From NCBI GenBank assembly GCA_028705495.1, contig JAQWDK010000005.1:28809-92808 (forward strand): a DNA stretch of 64,000 bases. The letters run 5' to 3'. Numbering within the stretch: the first letter of the stretch is position 1; each line of letters starts with the position of its first letter. Position numbers and translations under genes: made by a program. The DNA comes from Eubacteriales bacterium (GTDB lineage: Bacteria; Bacillota; Clostridia; Oscillospirales; CAG-382). The notes beneath the pieces are model-generated. The model was not told the origin of the DNA and did no database searches. It was given only the letters and a program-made list of their open reading frames with translations. This document shows positions 45,260 through 55,418 of this stretch, piece by piece.

Positions 45260-47509
45260 TTATATCTGATACCCTCTGACAACTTCCTTTACGCTCTTTA
45301 TTTTCTTTAATATATTAATGATCGATTTGAGGTGATCTATTCCCGAACAGCGGATTCCGATAATCAGCTTCATGTTGCCGTCAATTTCTTTAGTTGTGAT
45401 GGAGTTTATTACAACCTTCATCTCACTAAGCGCGACAGTCACATCAGCAATCGCATTCGGTGAGGAGCCTACAAATACATCAAGTGTTGCAGTAAATGCG
45501 TTGATTTGATTGGACTTGTCAAGCACTTTACCTGACCAGCTCGCAACAACCCATCTGTCCTTGTCATCAGGATTTTTAAGCCCGGATTCAGCTTTGGGAC
45601 AATCGTATTTGTGAACGGAAACGCCGTAGCCCTTTGTAATATATCCAATAATGCTATCGCCAGGGAGCGGATTACAGCATTTTGCGAATTTAACCTGACA
45701 TCCGGTAACGCTGTCTATTATAACACTTTGGGACATGTCTCGCACGCGTTTTTCTTTACGCGGCTTTTCGGGTAACTTATCGGCAGTTTCATCGCTGCTT
45801 GGCTTTATAAGTCTGTCGAATTCATCTTTTAGCTTAATCGAAATTTTGCTGACAGATATACCGCCGTAGCCAATATTGTTATATAGATCATCGGCTTCGG
45901 GAAGTCCCATACGCTGAGCAACATTTCCAGCAATCTCATTTCTCTGAGCGTCCGTAAAATGTCTTCCGTGTCGTTTTAACTCCCTCTCAACTTCATACTT
46001 ACCCAGTACGATATTCTCGTCCCGCATTTCTTTTTTGAAGAACTGTCTGATCTTGTTTCGTGCTTCGCTTGAGCGGACGATCTTCAGCCAGTCGCGGCTT
46101 GGGCCTTTGGATGCAGCGGAGGTTAAAATCTCAATAATCTGCCCTGTCTGGAGTACATAGTCAATCGGGACAATATTGCCGTTGACTTTCGCACCTACCA
46201 TCTTGTTACCTACCGCCGAGTGAATTGCATAAGCAAAGTCAATCGGTGTTGCACCGTTAGGAAGATCAATAACGTCGCCTTTCGGTGTAAAGACGAAAAT
46301 TTCATCTTCAAACAAGTCAATCTTGAGCGGGCGAAGAAATTCATCAGGGTCGTCCGGATCTTTTTCCGTTTCAAGAAGGGTTCTGATCCATTGGAGCTTT
46401 CTGTCGATGCTTTCTTTTGTACCCTGTTCTCCTGTTTTATACTTCCAATGAGCGGCAAGCCCATATTCCGCTATCTCGTGCATCTCGTGGGTTCTTATCT
46501 GAACCTCAAAAGGAACACCTTCACGACCGATAACAGTAGTGTGAAGCGAACGGTACATATTTGGTTTCGGGGTCGAGATATAGTCTTTAAATCTGCCAGG
46601 TATGGAGTTAAACTGCTCGTGCATTATACCGAGTGCGCTGTAGCAGTCAAGCTCGGTTTTTACAATAACTCTGATGGCATAAAAATCATATATTTCATCG
46701 AAGGCTTTGTTTTGGTTATACATCTTTCGGTAGATGCTGTATATCGACTTAACTCGGCCTTCAAGGGTGTATTCTATTCCATATTCGTCAAGCCTGTTAG
46801 CAACCCTATTTTTCGCACTGATAAGAAAATCTGCGTGCTTTTTGTAATTGTCGCTTATGTATTTTTCCACCTCGGCATAACCGATGGGGTCAAGGTACTT
46901 TAGGGCGAGGCTCTCAAGCTCCTGCTTGATTTTCTGCATACCAAGTCTATGTGCAAGGGGTGCATAAACATGCATCGTCTCAAGGGCGATCGAACGCTGT
47001 TTCGCTCCGCTGCGATATTCGAGGGTGCGCATATTGTGAAGCCTGTCGGCAAGCTTGATGAAGATGACTCGCAAATCTTTTGACATTGCGAGGAACATCT
47101 TACGGAGGTTTTCGACATGCTCTTCCTCTTTATTTTCAAAAGGAATCTGCATTAACTTAGTGACACCGTCTACCAAGTTCGCAACATCGTCTCCGAACTC
47201 TTTGCGTAGGTTGATACAACTCGCTCCCGGGCAGTCTTCTACTGTGTCATGAAGCAGCGCGGCGCAAATCGCGTCGGTGTCAAGCTTGAGATCTACAACT
47301 ATTTCCGCAACGGATAGGGGATGAGTTATATAAGGGGCTCCCGACTTTCTGAGCTGTCCATCATGCAGCGAGGAGGCATAGTTGTAGGCTTTTTTTATTT
47401 TTTCTATATCATATCCGCCCAGCTGAGTAAGTCTTGCTAAAAGGGCGTCAAAATCGGTATAGCTGTCTGCCACTTCATCATTACCTTTCATCAAAATTAA
47501 AACAAGCAT
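45260..47509 (-). CDS. relA: Bifunctional (p)ppGpp synthetase/hydrolase RelA/SpoT (Rel)
   Basis: HD domain (HPLSVA..LLHDTVED), synthetase (YRSLHTTV, RTHEMHEIAEYGLAAHWKYK), and TGS and ACT-like C-terminal domains. The start is ambiguous (47509 or ATG 47491). Confidence 0.93.
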   Translation of the reverse strand: MLVLILMKGNDEVADSYTDFDALLARLTQLGGYDIEKIKKAYNYASSLHDGQLRKSGAPYITHPLSVAEIVVDLKLDTDAICAALLHDTVEDCPGASCINLRKEFGDDVANLVDGVTKLMQIPFENKEEEHVENLRKMFLAMSKDLRVIFIKLADRLHNMRTLEYRSGAKQRSIALETMHVYAPLAHRLGMQKIKQELESLALKYLDPIGYAEVEKYISDNYKKHADFLISAKNRVANRLDEYGIEYTLEGRVKSIYSIYRKMYNQNKAFDEIYDFYAIRVIVKTELDCYSALGIMHEQFNSIPGRFKDYISTPKPNMYRSLHTTVIGREGVPFEVQIRTHEMHEIAEYGLAAHWKYKTGEQGTKESIDRKLQWIRTLLETEKDPDDPDEFLRPLKIDLFEDEIFVFTPKGDVIDLPNGATPIDFAYAIHSAVGNKMVGAKVNGNIVPIDYVLQTGQIIEILTSAASKGPSRDWLKIVRSSEARNKIRQFFKKEMRDENIVLGKYEVERELKRHGRHFTDAQRNEIAGNVAQRMGLPEADDLYNNIGYGGISVSKISIKLKDEFDRLIKPSSDETADKLPEKPRKEKRVRDMSQSVIIDSVTGCQVKFAKCCNPLPGDSIIGYITKGYGVSVHKYDCPKAESGLKNPDDKDRWVVASWSGKVLDKSNQINAFTATLDVFVGSSPNAIADVTVALSEMKVVINSITTKEIDGNMKLIIGIRCSGIDHLKSIINILKKIKSVKEVVRGYQI

Positions 47510-47517
47510 GTCGGCAT

Positions 47518-49518
47518 TTATATATTAATTCCTTGCCCTCCGCTGCGTGCTTTACGGAGTAGCTCCGACGCTTCTATATCTACTCTGCCCTCGTAAGGCA
47601 GAAGTCTGACTTCAATCTTATGTTCATTGTTTTCGCCTATGTATTCTAAAAGACTTACATCCTCTAAAACATCGAGCATAAATTTTATCCGTTCCGGGTT
47701 TGTTTCGTTGTTCCGAAAGTCGATAACAATTTTATTTCCTGCTGATCTTAGGGATTTATAAAGTTCTCTGAAATGCTCTATCGTTGGTACTTCAGATTCA
47801 TCTCTTTCAGTTTTGCGAATAGCCTTCACAAGCAGCTGGGGTGAAGTATAGCCGTTGTATTCGTTAAGTTCAGCGCAGAAAAGCAAATCGCATACATCAC
47901 CTTTCTTATACTGAAAAGAGTCAAAAGGTGTGCCAAAACACATTGCCGTCAAGGGATGCGGCTGACAATCCGGTTTCTCCGGTACAACCGAGAGTTTTAC
48001 ATGCATAGCATTCCCTACAGGGACGACACTGTCCAGTACAACACCACTCATCATGAGCAGTGGTTGAGGGTTATCAGTTCCAAAAGGTTCAAGCCTTAGA
48101 ATTTCTTTTATGCTGCCTACGCTTATATCCGAAAAGTCGCATTCAAGCTCCGGCTCTCTGATACTTTCACCTGCGGTGTCTTTCATGCTTTCTGCACATT
48201 CGTTGATTCTATCCATGAAGGCATCAATACTTGCGATATCTATTGTGAGTCCCGCCGCAAGCTCATGGCCGCCGTACTCTGTCAACAAATCACTGCATTC
48301 TGCCAGTGCTTCGATTATGTTAAAACCCTTTACACTGCGCGCTGAGCCTTTTGCTACACCATTATCAAAAGAAAAAAGGATGCATGGTTTTGAGTATCTG
48401 TCAACAATTTTAGATGCTACAATCCCGACAACTCCTTGATGCCATCCGCTGCTTCCGCAGACGATTACAGCCTTGTCAGGTTGTTCTTCAATCTGGGCTT
48501 TTACTTCTTCAAATATTTCTGATTCTGTTTCCTGCCTCTGTTTGTTTATATCACAAAGCCCAACAGCAAGTTCATCCGCTCTCGCTTCATCCTCTTCAAG
48601 GAGAAGTTCCACCGCATATTCCGCTTTTGCAATTCTTCCAGCGGCATTCAGTCTCGGCGCGAGAACGAATCCAATTAATGTAGAGTTGACTTTTCGGTAT
48701 AGCTTCCCTTGCTTAATGATACCTGAACACTTCATAAGAGCCGTCAGCCCGACATTTTTCATCGCTGAAATCTTGAGCAGTCCTTCTTTTACAATTGTTC
48801 TATTCTCGCCGGTAAGCGGCATTACATCAGCCACTGTACCGAGTGCGGCAAGGTCAGAGTATTCATCGCTGATCTTTTGTGTATCACCTTCAAGAGCGCA
48901 AAGTAGTTTAAAAGCTACGCCCACTCCGGCAAGGGGTTTAAAGGGGTATTTATCATCCTGCCTGTTGGGATTGACGACGGCCACCGCATCGGGGAGTTCA
49001 TCCCTGCAGCTGTGATGGTCGGTTATAACGAGGTCAACACCTAGCTCTTTTGCCAGAGCTGCTTCATTAACAGCTGTTACACCGTTATCCACAGTAATAA
49101 TCAGGCTGTACTGTTTTGCAAGATTTCTGACAGCATTTTCATTTAAACCATAACCCTCCGTCAGCCTTTCAGGAATGAAATAACCGCAGTTATAGCCTCT
49201 GCTTTTCAAGTACTTATATAATATCGTCGTCGATGTGACGCCGTCAACATCATAATCTCCGTAAATACAGATACGCTCGCCGTCCGCGAGCGCTCTTTTT
49301 ATTCTGTTTACAGCTTTGTCCATATCTTTGAGAAGAAATGGGTCAGCGAGGTCTGTTATTCCCTCCGAATAGAGAAACCGCTCCGCTTCTTCGGGGGCTT
49401 TTATACCTCTGATTGTAAGCAATTTTGCCGTTATCTGATGAATGCCCAGTTTCGTTGAAAGAAGAGCCGCCGCTTCGTGGTCGTATTTCTTTGGTCTCCA
49501 CTTTACGGAACTCATCAA
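47518..49518 (-). CDS. recJ: Single-stranded-DNA-specific exonuclease RecJ
   Basis: DHH motifs IYGDYDVDG and VITDHHS, and DHHA1 YGGHELAAG. Confidence 0.92.
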   Translation of the reverse strand: MMSSVKWRPKKYDHEAAALLSTKLGIHQITAKLLTIRGIKAPEEAERFLYSEGITDLADPFLLKDMDKAVNRIKRALADGERICIYGDYDVDGVTSTTILYKYLKSRGYNCGYFIPERLTEGYGLNENAVRNLAKQYSLIITVDNGVTAVNEAALAKELGVDLVITDHHSCRDELPDAVAVVNPNRQDDKYPFKPLAGVGVAFKLLCALEGDTQKISDEYSDLAALGTVADVMPLTGENRTIVKEGLLKISAMKNVGLTALMKCSGIIKQGKLYRKVNSTLIGFVLAPRLNAAGRIAKAEYAVELLLEEDEARADELAVGLCDINKQRQETESEIFEEVKAQIEEQPDKAVIVCGSSGWHQGVVGIVASKIVDRYSKPCILFSFDNGVAKGSARSVKGFNIIEALAECSDLLTEYGGHELAAGLTIDIASIDAFMDRINECAESMKDTAGESIREPELECDFSDISVGSIKEILRLEPFGTDNPQPLLMMSGVVLDSVVPVGNAMHVKLSVVPEKPDCQPHPLTAMCFGTPFDSFQYKKGDVCDLLFCAELNEYNGYTSPQLLVKAIRKTERDESEVPTIEHFRELYKSLRSAGNKIVIDFRNNETNPERIKFMLDVLEDVSLLEYIGENNEHKIEVRLLPYEGRVDIEASELLRKARSGGQGINI

Positions 49519-49952
49519 TCATCCTCCCCGGAGTTATAATCTTGTTCACTGCTTAGTATTTTCTCTATCTCAGGTTTTCCGAATTTGTAGGATATTCGTC
49601 CTACTACCGCATAAAGGGCTATGAATGCTGCAAGCATGACAACAACGGAAATTGCTGCTGCATAATCACGAGCGGATTTCTCTGATAAAAAGTATATGAG
49701 AATCCCCAAAATGATAGGCAATATGAAAACCAGTAGTGCAGCAGTATTTGCTTTCGCATATCTAACCAGCACAAGGTCGCCCTTTACCGCTCCAGCAGTA
49801 TTTTTTACGACAGCTTTCAGCTCCTTGGATTTGGTGCATCCGTCGCAACCCGCAGCACAAGCTTTGCAAGCTGATTTTCTTCGCGCCACAACAAGGGCTT
49901 CTTCGTCTTCTATTTGTAGCACATAGGCTTTGACAGTCATTTTAATATCCAT
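49515..49952 (-). CDS. RseC/MucC-family (SoxR-reducing-system-like) membrane protein
   Basis: N-terminal OB-like region with a Cys cluster (CKACAAGCDGC), followed by two TM helices. Candidate starts are ATG 49952 or 49940. There is a 4-nt overlap with the recJ start. Confidence 0.55.
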   Translation of the reverse strand: MDIKMTVKAYVLQIEDEEALVVARRKSACKACAAGCDGCTKSKELKAVVKNTAGAVKGDLVLVRYAKANTAALLVFILPIILGILIYFLSEKSARDYAAAISVVVMLAAFIALYAVVGRISYKFGKPEIEKILSSEQDYNSGEDD

Positions 49953-49992
49953 TCTGCCGCAAAGCGGCTGCACGATTTCTTTCTACATCTCA

Positions 49993-51288
49993 CTAATCGG
50001 TGATTGTGATATCGACATAATGTTTTCCGAAGGGATAAACTCCGGTGTAGGCTGTGTTAGTGTCGATGATGATGGGTAGCTGATATGTTCCTGCGCTTTT
50101 GCCTTCAAGCTCTGCAAGATTAACATAAGCAGTTAAATCCTTTTCCGGATCGAAGTCTAAGAGATTCTTTGTTTCACCTTTGATTTTTACATCAATCATA
50201 CTGCTGTTTGGTGTTACACTGTATTCAAGACCATCCGGCTTGTTTCTGTATTCGATGTTTTCCAGTCTTACAGTACTTGAATTTATGTCGGGCATTGAAA
50301 TTTTAATCAAAGCAGAGTTAATGCTGCTTTTGTTTTCAATTCCTACCGGTAGGCTTATGAGCCTTGTAATCTCATAGATGCCGTCAATTTGACTTTCGTG
50401 TATGTCGAATACAATCTCGGTTATCTGGGGCATCTTCTCGACGACACCTCTGATTGTTATCGTAGAGGGATTTATTATTACTTTAGCTTTTTCTAAAGGG
50501 TAAACATTGTCGACAAAATTGACTTTAAGGGCGATTGTCTTTTCCTGATACACAGGAATATATATATCCGCTTCTTTTGTTCTTAAGTTTACATAAGGGT
50601 TGTTTATAACTTCGCCGTTTTTATTCTTGAGTACAAGCTTTTCTCTTGAAGTAACCGATCCGTCAATTCTGTCGAGCTTCATATCGGCATAAGCACCGTC
50701 GATTTCATTGACTACATTTTCAGGTCCTTCAACTAAAACGGACGAAGGTGATGCTTCAAATACACCTAAAATCAACCCCGTTGTGTAGCCTGTATGGGTT
50801 ACTTTAACCGGTACGGACTTACTTATACTGCGGTCGATGTAAATTCTGACATCGGTAGCAGACATGGATACAAGCGTAAGACCCGAAGGCAGCACAGCGT
50901 TGAGTGAGCATGTATTTTCGCCGACTGTGTCAATTGCGGAAACATCCGCTTGAATTTGCAAATCAAGTGTTCTGAGCTTCAATATATCGCTTTTTCTGCC
51001 TTTTATTGTTATGTCAACCTTTATATCAGTTCCGGAAAGTACGGTGAATCCATGATTCTCTTTTAGCACATCGCCGCCGATTATTGTCACCGGCACATCG
51101 ATAAACTCCTTTTCATAAGAGGGGCTGTTGACACCCATAACATAAAACCAGAGCACGATGGCGGCTAAAATCGAGAGTATTTGAACCGAAAAGCGGTAAA
51201 CTCTGTTCTTTCCCGCTTTTTTGGGGTTTATTGGTTTAAGAAAGGACTCCGGTTTCGGAGAGAGGTCATTTGTCATTTTTATGTCCAT
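49993..51288 (-). CDS. cdaR: YbbR-domain protein CdaR (regulator of diadenylate cyclase)
   Basis: N-terminal TM helix followed by repeated YbbR-like beta-rich modules. It lies immediately downstream of cdaA. Confidence 0.72.
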   Translation of the reverse strand: MDIKMTNDLSPKPESFLKPINPKKAGKNRVYRFSVQILSILAAIVLWFYVMGVNSPSYEKEFIDVPVTIIGGDVLKENHGFTVLSGTDIKVDITIKGRKSDILKLRTLDLQIQADVSAIDTVGENTCSLNAVLPSGLTLVSMSATDVRIYIDRSISKSVPVKVTHTGYTTGLILGVFEASPSSVLVEGPENVVNEIDGAYADMKLDRIDGSVTSREKLVLKNKNGEVINNPYVNLRTKEADIYIPVYQEKTIALKVNFVDNVYPLEKAKVIINPSTITIRGVVEKMPQITEIVFDIHESQIDGIYEITRLISLPVGIENKSSINSALIKISMPDINSSTVRLENIEYRNKPDGLEYSVTPNSSMIDVKIKGETKNLLDFDPEKDLTAYVNLAELEGKSAGTYQLPIIIDTNTAYTGVYPFGKHYVDITITD

Positions 51289-51309
51289 TCTTTCACTAAA
51301 ATTGTCAAG

Positions 51310-52182
51310 CTATTTCTCGTTCTTTTCATTTCCGATATTTATAAACATACGAGTTTTTGACTTGATGTTTTCAACGGTTCCGTTTTCCGTAAAACTCTTA
51401 GTAAGGAATTCTTCAAGCGATTTTCTTGAAAACCCTCGTTTCATAACACCGTCAACAGCAACAGAAATAATACCATTTTCTTCGGATACAATGACGACAA
51501 TCGCATCGCTATTTTCGCTCATGCCAAGCCCTGCTCTATGTCTTGTTCCGAGAGTTTTAACAAGGTCGGTATTCGTTGAAAGCGGTAAAAAGCAACCTGC
51601 GGCATAGACTCTGCTGTCTCTGATAATAACCGCTCCGTCGTGGAGTGGTGCTTTGTCGAAAAAGATGTTGCCGATAAGGAAGTATGACGGTGCTGCATCA
51701 ATAAGCGTTCCAGTCTTTATAACATCGCCTAATTTTGTATGTCTTTCGAACACAATCAGAGCGCCAGTTTTGTTTTGTGAGAAGCTTTCAGCTGCGATAC
51801 AAACCTCAGTTATACATTTTTGTAAATCGTTATTTGTAGAAGGGTCGAATTTCTTGTTCATTCTTGCAAAAGACCCTGAGCCGATTTTTTCAAGTGCGCT
51901 CCTGAGTTCTGGCTGGAAAACGATTATAAGCGCGATAAGCCCGACTTGAAAGAAGTTGCTTAGTAAAAAATTCAGGGTGTTTAGTCCAATAACTTCGCTG
52001 AGGAGAAGTATTGCGAGGATTAGTAAAACGCCGGATGCAAGTTTTCCGGCTCGGCGTTCTCTGATAAATTTGAAGGAGTAATAGAAAATGACCGCAACAA
52101 TTATAATGTCGATTATATCAACTATACGGACTGTGCTTAACTGATTCTCAAAATAATACCAAAAATCCGAAAATGAACCCAT
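51310..52182 (-). CDS. cdaA: Diadenylate cyclase CdaA
   Basis: Three N-terminal TM helices plus DAC-domain motifs DGAVIIRD and GTRHRAGLG. Confidence 0.92.
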   Translation of the reverse strand: MGSFSDFWYYFENQLSTVRIVDIIDIIIVAVIFYYSFKFIRERRAGKLASGVLLILAILLLSEVIGLNTLNFLLSNFFQVGLIALIIVFQPELRSALEKIGSGSFARMNKKFDPSTNNDLQKCITEVCIAAESFSQNKTGALIVFERHTKLGDVIKTGTLIDAAPSYFLIGNIFFDKAPLHDGAVIIRDSRVYAAGCFLPLSTNTDLVKTLGTRHRAGLGMSENSDAIVVIVSEENGIISVAVDGVMKRGFSRKSLEEFLTKSFTENGTVENIKSKTRMFINIGNEKNEK

Positions 52183-52223
52183 GATATGACCGACTCCTCT
52201 AAAATATCAATATCTCAAAATTA

Positions 52224-52252
52224 ATTTTATCATAAGCGGTGCTTATTGTCAA
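52224..52252 (-). promoter_or_regulatory. Sigma-A promoter of cdaA-cdaR
   Basis: Minus strand TTGACA (52252..52247), 17 nt, TAAAAT (52229..52224). The spacer contains the palindrome ATAAGC-ACC-GCTTAT. Confidence 0.6.
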
Positions 52253-52305
52253 CCGCCGACAGGGGTATAAAACCTTGTAAAACAAAGCTAAAAGTCAACA
52301 CAATG

Positions 52306-53460
52306 TTAAATTTCAAACTTAGTTGCTTTTGTTTTCTTACTCTCTCTTAGCATTAAAAGCCCGAAGGTTATATATGTTCCAAAAATTAAAATTGTCCTTG
52401 TCGGAATGACCAGTGCTGCTGCTCCAATTTTATTATAAAGCGACTCGGTTACGAATTTAGAGAAGAATAAAATCAGTGCAGGAAGTGCTGTCGCCAAAGC
52501 GTAAAACCATTTTTCGCTTTCCCTCTCAAGACAGATAAACACCATTGCTGCAGAAGGTAACATTGCAAGATAATAGCAGTTGCCAACTGAAAACCGAGCA
52601 ATCGAATCTGCTAAAATGATAATTGATGTTACAATCAGTGAAAACAGCCAAAGGTCGAAAAAGCCGTTATCCGTTTCGGGGCGGTATCTTGCGGTTTTTA
52701 ATAATATCACTGTCATCAATCCGCCAGGTATTACGGCAAGAAAAAACCTAAGATATCTGTAGCTATAGCCGATGTTTTCATAACTGATACCACTCAATTC
52801 TGAAAGCAGCTCATAGGAGATATAAGAAATAAAAAGAAATAAACCAGCGGAGATAATTAACCTTGCCGTTGCCTCATTCTGAGACACAAAAAACACAGGT
52901 GGACGGGGTAGCTTTGGTGATACAGGGCGCGGTTTTCTTTTGATGAGCATTAAAGTACCATAAAAAGCAAGAAACAGCCATGGCGTATAGGAAAACATTG
53001 ATTTTGGCAAATTGTCTCCGAAAACAAAGGCGTAATATGGCGACAGCGCAAAATATGTCGCCAATATAGAGAAAATAACTATCGGTGTTGTATATCTCCT
53101 GCTGTAATCTTTCTGAGCAAAAATCGAAATAATTGCAGCAAAAAATACCGCCATCAAAACTGTAAAATCATTGTCTAAAACAACTACGCCGCAAAGGATT
53201 CCCGCACTCAAAACTGCACCGCAAGCGGTAATGGCTTTGTTTTGCATTGCTATGGCAATTAAAAAAATTACAACTGCTTCAAATATGATATGGGCATAGT
53301 AGAAATAAACCTTGCTTATCCCCAAAATTCCGAGCATACCGCTGAGTGCATTGTAGTAAAAACCCGTACCGGAACGATCCGCGACAATAATTATATTCAG
53401 CGCAGCAATAATTATTCCAACTACAATAAAGTAAATGCAGAGATACTTATCTTTTTTCAT
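52306..53460 (-). CDS. Polytopic membrane protein, unknown family (paralogue of 4364..5674)
   Basis: 384 aa with about 10 TM segments. Its ATG is 3 nt after the stop of the DUF4127-like gene. Shared blocks with 4364..5674 are listed there. Confidence 0.75.
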   Translation of the reverse strand: MKKDKYLCIYFIVVGIIIAALNIIIVADRSGTGFYYNALSGMLGILGISKVYFYYAHIIFEAVVIFLIAIAMQNKAITACGAVLSAGILCGVVVLDNDFTVLMAVFFAAIISIFAQKDYSRRYTTPIVIFSILATYFALSPYYAFVFGDNLPKSMFSYTPWLFLAFYGTLMLIKRKPRPVSPKLPRPPVFFVSQNEATARLIISAGLFLFISYISYELLSELSGISYENIGYSYRYLRFFLAVIPGGLMTVILLKTARYRPETDNGFFDLWLFSLIVTSIIILADSIARFSVGNCYYLAMLPSAAMVFICLERESEKWFYALATALPALILFFSKFVTESLYNKIGAAALVIPTRTILIFGTYITFGLLMLRESKKTKATKFEI

Positions 53461-53463
53461 TTT

Positions 53464-55383
53464 TTAGCTAGCCAACCGCTGTATCGTAAAGGTCATTTCA
53501 AAGCTTCTGTCCCATGGTAGTCTAAAATTATCAAGAGTCATCCTACCGACTTTTGAGGTTTCATAAGTCCCAAGTCCGGTTATGAAAAGACCGCTATTGA
53601 AGTTGTCAAGCACTGAGCTTGCACCAAACACACTTTTTGACGACATCATTCTGGATTTAATTTCAACTTGCGAAAGGGAGACGAAACCCGAACCTCTGCT
53701 GCTTCCGGTTATGTAAGATATATCTTTAATATACGCAAAAGTCATGGATTTTAAGAATCCTTCATTGGATTTTTCTGTGATGTCTTCACCGGATTTCAGA
53801 TATGCAACCCTCGAAAAGCTTTGACCGAGTGAGATACCAATTGCGTTTCCGACGGTGTTCCAGCTGCTATAACCCACAAGCATCGACATTTCAAGAGATT
53901 CAATCATTTTTTGCTGAAGAACATCAGCTTTTCCAGATGCGTCGATAATTGCGGTCGGAATTTTGTTACCGAAATTAGTATTCGCTCTATTTAACAACTC
54001 TGTTGCATTTGAACTATGCGCAGAGCTTTGTTTTGTCAATACAAGAATTTCAAGGTCGGGTTTTCCGCTCGTTATAATGACGGCATTAAGGCTCTCAAGG
54101 TGGGACTGCATGTTAGTAGCAAGGGTTCCTATGTCGAACATATCAGCAGGGCTGTTTTCCTGACCGCCGTAATATTTTACTGAAACTTTCAGCCTTTTCT
54201 CAAAATGTTCCGTTCCAAGCCTTGCTATCCCCATCATACCTAACTCATCTGTTCCGGCAAAGATCACACCGTTCGTACCGAGTTTTGATTTAATGTAATT
54301 TATCTCGTTAGTTTGAATTGTAATATTAGGGCTTGAGTCGTCAATTCCAACGAAAAAGTACACATTGTCGTTGTTTAAGTTTTTTGTAAGCATATAGTCA
54401 ACAAGTCTAAGTTTTCTAGCTCTTGCTTTGAGGTATTTATCAATAACCGTGCTTGAAAGAGATGAGCCTATAGTGTTTCCATCTAAACCGACTCTGTAAG
54501 TGCTTATTATATTTTCGACATTCAAGGATGAACCTGATAGCTGTTTTCTCGGAATGACACCGTAGTTTCGCAGATTATTGTACTCCGTCATCGAATAACC
54601 GTCATAGCCGACAGTTGATGCGAGCCTCATAACTGTATCAAAAACATAGAGTTTATTATTTTTAGCAAGTGAAGAAAGGTAGTCCATTATTGAATACTCA
54701 AAGATAAGGTCTTCCGAACTCATAGAACGAGAGCTGACAAGACCACCTGAAAGCATTTGATCAAGGGAGATAACAAAATAATCGCAGTCCTTGTCAACCG
54801 TCTTGAGCCAATTTACGAGCGCTTGTCTATCGCCGTACTTTGTTCCGTTCGAGTTAGTTCCTCTGCCGTCAAGCTTCGTTGAATAAATGTCGGCATCCGG
54901 AATCAACAGCTCAAGTCCACCTGCAGCTGCTTGATACTTAACCCTATCCACATTCACGGGACGGTCGTCAAGGGGGATATAAGCGACTTTGGGAACTGTT
55001 TTAGGCTTTGGAGGGTTGGGATCTTCAGAAACAGTGTCCGATGTATCCGGTTTTGAGGTTTCAGGTTTCGAAGTGTCGGGCTTTGATGTTTCGGGCTTTG
55101 AGGTTTCGGGTATCGATTCAGATTTAGATGATTCTGATATTGATGATTCACCGAGACTATTCTCGACAGAATTCGTGTTCGACGACTCGGACATTGACTC
55201 TGATATGCTTTCTATAATCGACTCAAATATGCTTTCCATGCTCCTGTCCTCCGATAAATAAGAAGTCTCTTGTAATGATGATGCCCCTTCAGAAAAGTCT
55301 CCGCTGACACCCACACATGCAGTCAAGATTATTGTTGTGACTAAAAACAGCGCAAGACTGCTTCCTTTTTTTATTTTAAGCAC
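53464..55383 (-). CDS. Exported DUF4127-like lipoprotein with a Ser/Glu/Pro-rich repeat linker
   Basis: GTG start. Lipobox IILTAC|V and linker ...SIPETSKPETSKPDTSKPETSKPDTS.... The body starts VAYIPLDDRPVN, which I recognise as the DUF4127 N-terminal pattern from memory, not from a search. Confidence 0.5.
   Translation of the reverse strand: MLKIKKGSSLALFLVTTIILTACVGVSGDFSEGASSLQETSYLSEDRSMESIFESIIESISESMSESSNTNSVENSLGESSISESSKSESIPETSKPETSKPDTSKPETSKPDTSDTVSEDPNPPKPKTVPKVAYIPLDDRPVNVDRVKYQAAAGGLELLIPDADIYSTKLDGRGTNSNGTKYGDRQALVNWLKTVDKDCDYFVISLDQMLSGGLVSSRSMSSEDLIFEYSIMDYLSSLAKNNKLYVFDTVMRLASTVGYDGYSMTEYNNLRNYGVIPRKQLSGSSLNVENIISTYRVGLDGNTIGSSLSSTVIDKYLKARARKLRLVDYMLTKNLNNDNVYFFVGIDDSSPNITIQTNEINYIKSKLGTNGVIFAGTDELGMMGIARLGTEHFEKRLKVSVKYYGGQENSPADMFDIGTLATNMQSHLESLNAVIITSGKPDLEILVLTKQSSAHSSNATELLNRANTNFGNKIPTAIIDASGKADVLQQKMIESLEMSMLVGYSSWNTVGNAIGISLGQSFSRVAYLKSGEDITEKSNEGFLKSMTFAYIKDISYITGSSRGSGFVSLSQVEIKSRMMSSKSVFGASSVLDNFNSGLFITGLGTYETSKVGRMTLDNFRLPWDRSFEMTFTIQRLAS
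55048..55107. repeat. Imperfect 15-nt tandem repeat x4, encoding (E/D)TSKP
   Basis: cggttttgaggtttc / aggtttcgaagtgtc / gggctttgatgtttc / gggctttgaggtttc read consecutively. Confidence 0.85.
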
Positions 55384-55418
55384 TTTTATTACCTTTCTTT
55401 CAAATATTAAGCCGAAGT

